From Desulfobacterales bacterium S7086C20 (GTDB lineage Bacteria; Desulfobacterota; Desulfobacteria; Desulfobacterales; C00003060), in NCBI GenBank assembly GCA_001751075.1, contig MAVP01000003.1:1-41467 (forward strand): a DNA stretch of 41,467 nucleotides. The letters are read 5' to 3'. Of the stretch, positions 19,717 to 28,112 are shown one piece after another. Every line of letters starts with the position of its first letter. Positions within the stretch are counted from its first letter, which is position 1. Position numbers and translations under genes: made by a program. Under the pieces are notes generated by a model. It worked only from the letters and a program-made list of their open reading frames with translations. It searched no databases and was not told the origin of the DNA.

Positions 19717-22700
19717 TCACCGCCGAATCAGGATCGGCAATCAGAGCGCTTTTTCAGCGGAAAGGGTAATTCAACCCTTCGAGTTTGCCGTAGCAAGTGG
19801 CTTCGATGCCTTTGAATGGCTTCCGGACAAAAAGGAATCCGGAGCTGGTTGGCAAGAATGCGATATTGATGCTCAAACACGCCGTTACATAAGAAACACA
19901 GCCCGTCAACACGACATCAGACTGTCTGTTCATGCCCCGTGGCACGTCAATCCTTCAGAACCAGACCTCAGCGAGCAGCTTCTTAAAACCGTACAGTTTG
20001 CTCAGGACATCGAAGCATCGCTTTTAAATGTCCACCTCTTTACTGAAAATGGGACTGAGGCCTATGTTCGAGGCATCATCCCGTTTATTAAGTCTCTCAG
20101 AAAAACCGGAAGCAGGCTCTCAATCGAGAATACCCCCCTGACAGCCCCCGGGGACTTGAACGCATTTTTTGCTACACTACAACACCTTGCCCCCGCCGAG
20201 GCAACACAGACAGGGATGTGCCTCGACCTGGGACACGCCAATCTGTGTTCCGCCACCTTAAATGACTACATCAAGTTCATTGACCTTCTTGATCCTGACA
20301 TTCCCATCATTCATATTCATCTGCACGAAAACTACGGGGACCATGACAGTCACTTGACCCTGTTTACAGGGCCTTCCGGACAGGATGTCTCCGGCATCAA
20401 GGCCTTTTTAAAACTCATAAAAAAACGCCGGTTTTCAGGCAGTATCATCTTGGAACAGTGGCCCGAACCACCTAGTCTGCTAATTGAGGCCCGTAACAAC
20501 CTGAAAATCATGATCGGCAATTCGCCGCCGCCCCTTGTTGAACCCCGAAATGCCAACACAGAGGACTTTGTGAGTGTTATTGCCGAGGCAGACAGACAAC
20601 ACAGAAGTTGGAGAGAAAAACTTGCCTGGGTCCATGATTTTGTTGCCGAGAAAATCTCTTCTCATAACACGAGGCAACTTACTTACCTGATGATCTATCT
20701 GCGTTTTATCGGCACAGGCCAGGTTGCCTGCACCGAGGATGGCAAACACTACCGTCCTTCTCATCATGCCAAGATCGCCCGCGGAATCCACAATCGTCTG
20801 GCCGAGATAACTACTCCCGAAAATGTCTTTATCATCAGGAAGATCTATCCATGGCTGCCCTCGTATGAGAACCGCTTTGCTAATGCGGAACCACTCACAC
20901 GGATAAGAGATCTTGCCCACCGAAACGATATTTGCAAAGAACTCAAACAAGAAATAAAGCACACACTGCAAAATAAGCTGCACAGATGTGCCGGCCCGGA
21001 GGATCTTGCCACATCAGCAGCCTTGCTTAAAAGGATAACAGCCCCTAATGCAAATTACCCAAATGACTTTGTTAAAGAGTTTGTGAGATTCCATGAAGAA
21101 CTAGAGGAGTTTTTTAATGTCCATTCCTTGGAAGAGCAGCTTGAAGCCATCGCCTCCAATGCTCGGAAGGATGAAGATTCTACTACCTTCAAGTTGATAA
21201 GCGATTTCCTTAAAGCCAAGAAAAAGGCTGTTACGTCGGAAGAGTTGATAACTGCTTTTGAGCTTTTGACAACACTTCGTCGTCAATTTTTTAAAAAGTC
21301 TAAGATTGATACCAGCGCTCAGCAGCAAGGACTTCAACTGGCCGACATAAGATTGGAAGACTATGCTTTTGTTCTGTTGAGCCAATTGATCAATCACCTT
21401 GCCACTGCTGGAAAAGAAAACATGCAGTGGCCTATGGCGGGACACTGTTTAGGCTTGGCCATTTTGAACCTGCGCCTAAGCGGCTTGGACAGCTTCGAAT
21501 GTCGGGCCATAGAATCGGAATTAGAGCTTTGGCATGAAAGTTTTACACCCAAAAACCGTGAGCATGTTCTTCGTCTCAAGGCTACAATTGATCGTTGTCG
21601 AAGACTGGCAGAGAGATATTCAGACAAGATCCTTTCCCTGTTTCCCGAAAAGGTTCAAAGACTGGGCCGGGCCTTGGGTGTGGCCAAAGAAGCCATAAGG
21701 GTTTTTTCTGAGGCCGAGATTCGAAGCCATTTAGTCTTTCAAGTCTCAAGGCTTGTGGATCTTGTGTTGAAATCGATCCGCTCAGTTGCCTACCTCTCTC
21801 CGTGGGACGCTATCGTGTGCGAGAAAGTTTGTGGCCGTCTAGTCGAGACCCAATATCTTGACGATTTATCCGACCTCTCTGATGAACTGGTCGTGGTATT
21901 GCTTGAAAAAGCCCGGGGCGATGAAGAGCTATCTGCCGGCGTAGGAGGTATCGTCTTGGCCCACGAAATGGCGCATCTTTCTCACCTAGCGGTCCGGGCG
22001 CGGCAAGAAAAAGTAGCGCTAGCCGTGTGCGAAGACGCAAACCAATTTGGGGAGCTTAGAAACCTTGTCAATACACAGGTTGTCTTGGGAGTATCTCCTG
22101 AAGGTGTAGTGCTTGAAACCTCCTCAAATCATGGTATCGTAGAGGCAACTGACAGGAAAAGCAAGATTGGGCATGGGAACATTGATGTGGCTGATGTGCC
22201 TTTATCTTTTTCAGTCCCGTTGATCCCACTTAACGAAGTTACGCAGAAAACAGGGGGAAGTAAGGCATATGGAGCAAGACGCCTTGAAGAAATCTCACGC
22301 GTTCAGACCGCTGGGTTTGCAACACCTCCCGGAGTTGTGATTCCCTTTGGTGTGATGGAAGAGTCTCTGCACTTTTCGCCGGCCCTTAAAGAAGAGTACC
22401 AAGCCTTGGTCAACCAGCTAAACGACCTAGAACAAGATGATTTCTCAGAGGCCTTGGCAAGACTGCAACGTATCCATGACGAGCCTAGTGTTTCCCGCGA
22501 GATAGTCCGACTGGTGCAGAAAAAATTCCCGCATGACGCACGACTTATGGTGCGTTCAAGCGCCAACTGCGAGGACCTGGAAAGATTATCAGGGGCCGGG
22601 TTGTACGAATCAGTAGCAAACGTATCGCCATCTGAGCTATCTCAAGCAATATGTGAAGTCTGGAGATCCCTGTGGGCCAAGCGGGCGGTCATGAACAGGA

Positions 22701-23176
22701 AAAGGCATGGCATCCCGCATGATAGGGCTCATATGGCACTGCTCATCCAGCAGATGCTGGTTGCCGATCTTTCGTTCATCATCCACACGGTCAATCCCAT
22801 AGACCATAACACGAACGAGGCTTATGTCGAGCTAGCGGTGGGATTGGGAGAAACCTTGGCCTCCGGCAAGTCCCCGGGATGTCCATATCGAATGCTCTGC
22901 GACAAGAATACAGGGGCGGTCAGAATGCTGGCCTTTGCCAGCTTCAGCCAGGCCTTGTGGCCTGATCTTTCAGTGGATCTGAGAGCCGAAACGATAGACT
23001 ATTCCAAGATCAACCTAACAATAGATGAAGATTTCAGAAACCGTTTGGGGGGCCGCCTTGGAGCAATGAGTCGATTTGTGGAAAAGGCCCTGGGGGGACC
23101 TCAAGATATCGAGGGACTTGTGATTGATAGTAAGATCTATCTTGTCCAGGCGCGACCTCAACAAGATGTTTTGTAA
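19709..23176 (+). CDS. Phosphoglucan, water dikinase (PWD/GWD3-like) fused to an N-terminal AP-endonuclease-2/xylose-isomerase-like TIM barrel
   Basis: SWREKL, CTEDGKHYRPSHHA, PLTRIRDLAHRNDI, KQEIKHTLQNKLHRCAGPEDL, HLSHLAVRARQEKV (His codon 21983), VRSSANCEDL..SGAGLYES, VQARPQ; ATG 19709 overlaps the GWD stop. Confidence 0.9.
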   Translation: MSNHRRIRIGNQSAFSAERVIQPFEFAVASGFDAFEWLPDKKESGAGWQECDIDAQTRRYIRNTARQHDIRLSVHAPWHVNPSEPDLSEQLLKTVQFAQDIEASLLNVHLFTENGTEAYVRGIIPFIKSLRKTGSRLSIENTPLTAPGDLNAFFATLQHLAPAEATQTGMCLDLGHANLCSATLNDYIKFIDLLDPDIPIIHIHLHENYGDHDSHLTLFTGPSGQDVSGIKAFLKLIKKRRFSGSIILEQWPEPPSLLIEARNNLKIMIGNSPPPLVEPRNANTEDFVSVIAEADRQHRSWREKLAWVHDFVAEKISSHNTRQLTYLMIYLRFIGTGQVACTEDGKHYRPSHHAKIARGIHNRLAEITTPENVFIIRKIYPWLPSYENRFANAEPLTRIRDLAHRNDICKELKQEIKHTLQNKLHRCAGPEDLATSAALLKRITAPNANYPNDFVKEFVRFHEELEEFFNVHSLEEQLEAIASNARKDEDSTTFKLISDFLKAKKKAVTSEELITAFELLTTLRRQFFKKSKIDTSAQQQGLQLADIRLEDYAFVLLSQLINHLATAGKENMQWPMAGHCLGLAILNLRLSGLDSFECRAIESELELWHESFTPKNREHVLRLKATIDRCRRLAERYSDKILSLFPEKVQRLGRALGVAKEAIRVFSEAEIRSHLVFQVSRLVDLVLKSIRSVAYLSPWDAIVCEKVCGRLVETQYLDDLSDLSDELVVVLLEKARGDEELSAGVGGIVLAHEMAHLSHLAVRARQEKVALAVCEDANQFGELRNLVNTQVVLGVSPEGVVLETSSNHGIVEATDRKSKIGHGNIDVADVPLSFSVPLIPLNEVTQKTGGSKAYGARRLEEISRVQTAGFATPPGVVIPFGVMEESLHFSPALKEEYQALVNQLNDLEQDDFSEALARLQRIHDEPSVSREIVRLVQKKFPHDARLMVRSSANCEDLERLSGAGLYESVANVSPSELSQAICEVWRSLWAKRAVMNRKRHGIPHDRAHMALLIQQMLVADLSFIIHTVNPIDHNTNEAYVELAVGLGETLASGKSPGCPYRMLCDKNTGAVRMLAFASFSQALWPDLSVDLRAETIDYSKINLTIDEDFRNRLGGRLGAMSRFVEKALGGPQDIEGLVIDSKIYLVQARPQQDVL

Positions 23177-24221
23177 AACCATAGCCACAGTTTCCCAATC
23201 TCCTCGCTTGCTGGGACTCTTTCAGAAAAGGATTGATGGTGATGATGCACTGCTCGATTTGGCCAGGGTCCGTTTTAATGAAATGGGTCTTGGAGCAGAG
23301 TTTTATGCTGAAACAACAGAGGAACTTGACCACTTACTGAAATTCAGACCTGCGGCTGAAACCCCTCTGGTGGCCCATTTGCGGCGTGGAATTAATCTGC
23401 TCGAGAAAAAGGATTTGAGCTTAGTCATTGATTTTGCAGAAAGATTCAAAGGCCGGCTCTTTGGCTTTGTCGTCCATGATCAACCCGAAATCTCCACCCG
23501 CTTTGACGATTACTTGTCTGCTTTAAACAGGCTTGAAGCTGAATACAACAAGATCCAGGGGAGCCCCTATCTTTTCATAGAATATGCTGTGGGCCTGGCC
23601 CCTTCTCTTTTTGTCCATTTCGCAGAAACCATGAAAGGTCTTCAGCGAATAAGCTGTTGCATTGACATAGGTCATATCGGCCTATGGCAGGCGAGAACTG
23701 CTTATAGCAAAGAGCATCCCGGAAAAGATGTATGTAGCCTAACAACAGACGATTCTTCTTTGCCGGAAGTAATCGAAGACGTTCAAAGTGCGGTTCGTTC
23801 AGCACTGGATACAGTGTTAAGCATAGTTCGGGTGCTAGGCCGTTTAGAAAAACCGTTGCATTTCCATCTTCATGATGGCCATCCTCTTTCAATTACGAGT
23901 CCCTTTGGAATTTCCGACCACCTGAGTTTTCTGGATAAAATTCCCGTTCCCTTTGAATACAAGGGAAAAAGGTCTCTTGATCCCATGTTTGGTCCTTCAG
24001 GTCTTTCAAGTATCGTTTCTGAGTCATTGAAGCACCTCGGTCCAGAGCAAGTCTCTTTTTCACTTGAGATTCATCCTGCACAGGGAAGGCTTCCCCTTGA
24101 AGATGCTTCTTACCTTTTCGATCACTGGGAGGAAAAGACGAATGCAGAAAGGATGAACCACTGGCTTTGGGTGCTTTCTCAAAATCAGCAGCTTGTGCAG
24201 AACTCATTGGAAGGAAAATAA
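23166..24221 (+). CDS. Metal-binding TIM-barrel protein (AP endonuclease 2/sugar-phosphate isomerase-like), function unknown
   Basis: FIEY, CIDIGH, HFHLHDGH, SDH, SLEIH ligand pattern; ATG overlaps the PWD end. Confidence 0.7.
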   Translation: MFCKTIATVSQSPRLLGLFQKRIDGDDALLDLARVRFNEMGLGAEFYAETTEELDHLLKFRPAAETPLVAHLRRGINLLEKKDLSLVIDFAERFKGRLFGFVVHDQPEISTRFDDYLSALNRLEAEYNKIQGSPYLFIEYAVGLAPSLFVHFAETMKGLQRISCCIDIGHIGLWQARTAYSKEHPGKDVCSLTTDDSSLPEVIEDVQSAVRSALDTVLSIVRVLGRLEKPLHFHLHDGHPLSITSPFGISDHLSFLDKIPVPFEYKGKRSLDPMFGPSGLSSIVSESLKHLGPEQVSFSLEIHPAQGRLPLEDASYLFDHWEEKTNAERMNHWLWVLSQNQQLVQNSLEGK

Positions 24222-24223
24222 CT

Positions 24224-25522
24224 GTGAAACCAACGGCAAAGATGATCATCTATAATTTGTTCCCTCTCTTGGCAGGCAAGTTTACCGATTGGGAAAAGCA
24301 TTTGTTAAGGGCATCTGAGATGGGCTTCAATTGGGTTTTTGTGAATCCGATTCAGCGTCCCGGAAAATCGGGGAGCCTTTACTCTATTGCCGACTATTAT
24401 GCCTTCAACCCGTTGCTGGTTGACAAAGAGAGCCGAAAGAAACCGCAACAGCAGGTAAAAGATGTTGCCGGGTCTGCGGAAAAACTGGGCCTCAGCTTGA
24501 TGGTGGATCTTGTAATCAATCACTGCGCTGCTGATTCGGAGCTGATCAAGTCTCACCCGAAATGGTTTCAGTGGAAGGACAGCGATCATGTGGCCCACCC
24601 TTCCTGTGACGAAAACGGAGAAAGGGTGGTCTGGAAAGACCTTGCGAAGTTTGATCATGACAACTCGCAGGACAAGGAAGGACTTTTTAGATTTCTATCT
24701 GATGTGGTGATGTACCTGATAGATCTAGGATTTAAGGGTTTCCGTTGTGACGCAGCGTATCAAGTCCCCAGGGCCGTGTGGGAAAGGCTCATAAGTGAGA
24801 TACGAAAGAGACATCCTGAGGTGAAGTTCTTTGCGGAAACACTCGGGTGTTCACCAGACCAAACCATACAAACAGCAGGAGCTGGTTTTGACTACATATT
24901 TAACAGCTCAAAGTGGTGGGATTTTGAAGCCCAGTGGTTGATGAAACAATATGCCCTTACGCGTGAGATTGCGCCTTCCATAGGTTTTCCTGAAAGCCAC
25001 GATACCGTGAGGCTCTATGATGAACTCGATGGCAACATGGCTGGGATGAAACAACGCTATCTATTTTCAGCACTTTTCTCTTCAGGGGTTATGATGCCCA
25101 TGGGGTTTGAATACGGCTTCAGGAGAAAACCCCATGTAGTAAAGACAAGGCCACAAGACTGGGAAACAACCGATGTTGATATGACGCATTTCATAAAAGC
25201 CGTAAACAAGCTTAAGGCAGGGCATGCAATCTTTCAGGAAGAAGCGCTAACCGAAATACTGTACTACAACAATCCGAATCTTCTCCTCTTGTGGAAGGCC
25301 TCTACTACCACTCAAGAAGAATGTCTCATTATCGTCAACAAGGATATTTCCAACAAACAGCATTTTCATGTAGAAAGTCTGCAAGAATTTGTTCAGGCAG
25401 GGGCTCCACTTGTTGATCTCTCTCCAGAATATCAAATGAACTATATTCCCAGCCCCTTTTCGTACGATTTCCGGCCAGGACAGGGTATAGTCTTGATGAC
25501 TTTAAGGGATTTGCCGAAGTAG
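24224..25522 (+). CDS. GH13 alpha-amylase-family glycoside hydrolase/transferase
   Basis: DLVINH, GFRCDAAY (nucleophile D), FFAETL (acid E), ESHDT; GGAAGGA RBS before GTG 24224. Confidence 0.85.
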   Translation: MKPTAKMIIYNLFPLLAGKFTDWEKHLLRASEMGFNWVFVNPIQRPGKSGSLYSIADYYAFNPLLVDKESRKKPQQQVKDVAGSAEKLGLSLMVDLVINHCAADSELIKSHPKWFQWKDSDHVAHPSCDENGERVVWKDLAKFDHDNSQDKEGLFRFLSDVVMYLIDLGFKGFRCDAAYQVPRAVWERLISEIRKRHPEVKFFAETLGCSPDQTIQTAGAGFDYIFNSSKWWDFEAQWLMKQYALTREIAPSIGFPESHDTVRLYDELDGNMAGMKQRYLFSALFSSGVMMPMGFEYGFRRKPHVVKTRPQDWETTDVDMTHFIKAVNKLKAGHAIFQEEALTEILYYNNPNLLLLWKASTTTQEECLIIVNKDISNKQHFHVESLQEFVQAGAPLVDLSPEYQMNYIPSPFSYDFRPGQGIVLMTLRDLPK

Positions 25523-25671
25523 ACAGCCTGCCAGTCCCTTTGGGCGAAAATGCTTCAGATCGCGTGCTTTTCGGAAAAGTCAAACTTTTTTACTGGATTT
25601 TCTTATAGTCTTTCGATAAGTTACAGCCAGATTTTGGCAGGTTTTCAGTAAGTGCGCAAAGGTGTTCGTCA

Positions 25672-26433
25672 ATGCATCTTGTTGCTCTTCACGTGTTTGG
25701 TTTGTATCTTCTCAATAAACTTAACTTAATAACCTGGGGCAATAAGGCCATTAACCGACTCAGGCCGAACGGGTGGGTGTTACCAGTGTATTGTTGTGCA
25801 ACAAGTGAAACCGCTGACAAAGCACACAGCCTCATAGATTCTTGCATCGAAACAAGAGTTGTTCTTTTGCCCGTTGACCCGTACCTGGTTCATGTTTACT
25901 GGGAGGTCAACTCTAAGGAAATTGATAGAGCAAGATATTTGCTGGGTGACACATACGAATCTTCGCAGGCTTTACTCAGGTTCTATGATGTTACCAATGT
26001 TTTCTTTGACGGTACAAATGCCAACAGCTCGTTTGATGTGAAAATCGACCTTGAATCGAAGAGCTGGTATGTTCGCCTCTGGGTCCCAGACAAGTCATAC
26101 GTTGTTGAACTGGGCTATAGGACCACCGACGGCAGTTTCTTTTCGTTGGCACAATCAAACACCGCGCGCACACCCCGTGCCTGGCCTGTACCAAGGGTGG
26201 ATGACACCTACTCGCTCGTTGATCGACGTGCCGACGATGGCCTGGCAACCACCGAAGTCCATACAGCACCTCATGGCGGTGACAAGAAGCAATCCAATCG
26301 GCGAGAGTTAACCTCCCAAACGTGGGAAACCGAGCCTGAACCCAAAGATGAGAGTTTAACACAGATGAATGAGGAGCAATTTTCCTTTGGTATGTCATCA
26401 TATCGTATCTCATCAATACGGTGCTTGCGATGA
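25672..26433 (+). CDS. DUF4912 domain protein (start uncertain)
   Basis: ETRVVLLPVDP..HVYWEV, LRFYDVT, WYV, YVVELGY, SNTARTPR; usual neighbour of GH57 branching enzymes. Confidence 0.75.
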   Translation: MHLVALHVFGLYLLNKLNLITWGNKAINRLRPNGWVLPVYCCATSETADKAHSLIDSCIETRVVLLPVDPYLVHVYWEVNSKEIDRARYLLGDTYESSQALLRFYDVTNVFFDGTNANSSFDVKIDLESKSWYVRLWVPDKSYVVELGYRTTDGSFFSLAQSNTARTPRAWPVPRVDDTYSLVDRRADDGLATTEVHTAPHGGDKKQSNRRELTSQTWETEPEPKDESLTQMNEEQFSFGMSSYRISSIRCLR

Positions 26434-26485
26434 TCAGCTCTGAAGTTTCACGATTTCCTACAAGTCCTTTTCGCGGGGTTTGAAA

Positions 26486-28081
26486 ATGGAAAAGGCTTAT
26501 CTGGCTATTGTGCTTCATGCGCATCTTCCTTATGTCAGACATCCTGAACACGTAGATTCTCTTGAGGAGAACTGGCTGTATGAGGCTATCACCGATACTT
26601 ACATCCCTCTGCTTTTCGTGCTGGAAGGTTGTGTAAAAGATGGAATTGACTTTCGCCTGACTCTGTCACTTACCCCCACCCTTGCCTCTATGCTCGCAGA
26701 CCCGTTGTTGCAGAGCAGATATTTGGAAAGACTGGAAAGGATGATAGAGTTGGCCCAAAAGGAGATTAAACGCACTAGATCCCAGCCCGAATTTAACGCC
26801 TTGGCCCTTATGTACAACACCCGTCTTGGGCAGGTGCATGAGGCTTTCGTCAATCGTTATGAACAAAACTTGCTCCAGGCCTTCAGGTCCCTACAAGAAC
26901 GCGGAAAAGTGGAAATCATGGCCTGCGCCGCCACGCATGCTTATCTCCCCCTGCTTTCAGTAAACAGGTCCGCTGTTAGGGGACAGATTGGGATCGGGGT
27001 TGAACATTACAGGGAAGTATTCGGGAAAAGCCCCGAGGGCTTCTGGTTGCCGGAATGCGGTTATTATCCTGGAGTCGACGAATTACTCGACGAATATGGC
27101 ATACGATATACTGTACTTGAGACTCACGGTATCACGCGGGGCAACCCAAGACCTGAGTTTGGCGTCAATGCCCCTGTTTTTTGTTCCTCAGGAGTTGCTG
27201 CCTTTGGGCGAGACCCTAAATCCTCGGCCCAAGTTTGGAGTTCTGAAATCGGTTATCCAGGGGATTATGATTACAGGGAATTCTATCGTGACATTGCTTA
27301 CGATCTTGACCTCGGATATGTCGCGCCCTATATTCACAGGGATGGGATTCGAGTAGATACCGGCTTTAAGTATTTCCGTATTACCGGCAAGGGCAATCAC
27401 AAGGACACCTACATCCCAGAACAAGCAGAAAAGAAGGCCGAGCTTCACGCAGAAGATTTTATATCCAAGCGCTTCAAACAGGTTGAATATCTTGGCTCCA
27501 TTATGGATCGCAAACCAATCATTGTGGCCCCCTTTGACGCTGAGCTATTCGGCCATTGGTGGCATGAAGGACCATTGTGGCTGGACCATGTTATCCGCAA
27601 ACTTCATTCGGCACAGGCGGGAATCAGGCTTGCTACGCTTTCTGAATACCTCGAACAATATCCCATAAATCAGGTTTCAACACCTTCCTATTCCAGTTGG
27701 GGACACCATGGGTTCAATGAGACCTGGCTCAACGGGAAAAACGAATGGATCTATCCTTGTCTCCATAAAAGCGCACTGCAAATGGAAAGGCTGGCGAACA
27801 ATTATCCTCAGGCCAAAGGCTTGACATTGAGGGCGCTTAAACAAGCAGCACGGGAGTTGTTGCTGGCACAGTCAAGCGACTGGGCTTTTATGATCAATGC
27901 AGGCACTATGGCAGAATACGCTACTGAGCGAACCAAAAGGCATATCTCCCGCTTGGCAAGACTAGCACAAGACGTTGAGTCAGACAGTATCGACCAAGTC
28001 TGGCTGTCCAAATTGGAAACCCGGGACAACATCTTTCCTGGAATAGACTACCGCTTCTTTTGTGGAAGTTCTCGTTTATGA
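26486..28081 (+). CDS. GH57 1,4-alpha-glucan branching enzyme (DUF1957 C-terminus)
   Basis: HAHLPYV, FWLPECGY, PFDAELFGHWWHEG, RELLLAQSSDWAF. Confidence 0.9.
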   Translation: MEKAYLAIVLHAHLPYVRHPEHVDSLEENWLYEAITDTYIPLLFVLEGCVKDGIDFRLTLSLTPTLASMLADPLLQSRYLERLERMIELAQKEIKRTRSQPEFNALALMYNTRLGQVHEAFVNRYEQNLLQAFRSLQERGKVEIMACAATHAYLPLLSVNRSAVRGQIGIGVEHYREVFGKSPEGFWLPECGYYPGVDELLDEYGIRYTVLETHGITRGNPRPEFGVNAPVFCSSGVAAFGRDPKSSAQVWSSEIGYPGDYDYREFYRDIAYDLDLGYVAPYIHRDGIRVDTGFKYFRITGKGNHKDTYIPEQAEKKAELHAEDFISKRFKQVEYLGSIMDRKPIIVAPFDAELFGHWWHEGPLWLDHVIRKLHSAQAGIRLATLSEYLEQYPINQVSTPSYSSWGHHGFNETWLNGKNEWIYPCLHKSALQMERLANNYPQAKGLTLRALKQAARELLLAQSSDWAFMINAGTMAEYATERTKRHISRLARLAQDVESDSIDQVWLSKLETRDNIFPGIDYRFFCGSSRL

Positions 28082-28112
28082 ATACGAGTCTTTTCGCTGA
28101 TGGATTAAAGAC

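Noticed and set aside
16597-23176. Calling the two large genes PEP synthase, PPDK or rifampin phosphotransferase
   Set aside because: The ATP-binding domain is C-terminal and follows the His domain, no PEP-binding barrel is evident, and GWD/PWD-specific central motifs are present
16597-23176. Eukaryotic contamination as the source of GWD/PWD
   Set aside because: The genes are intronless, have no transit peptide and overlap bacterial-type genes in operon fashion; read-level confirmation is still advisable
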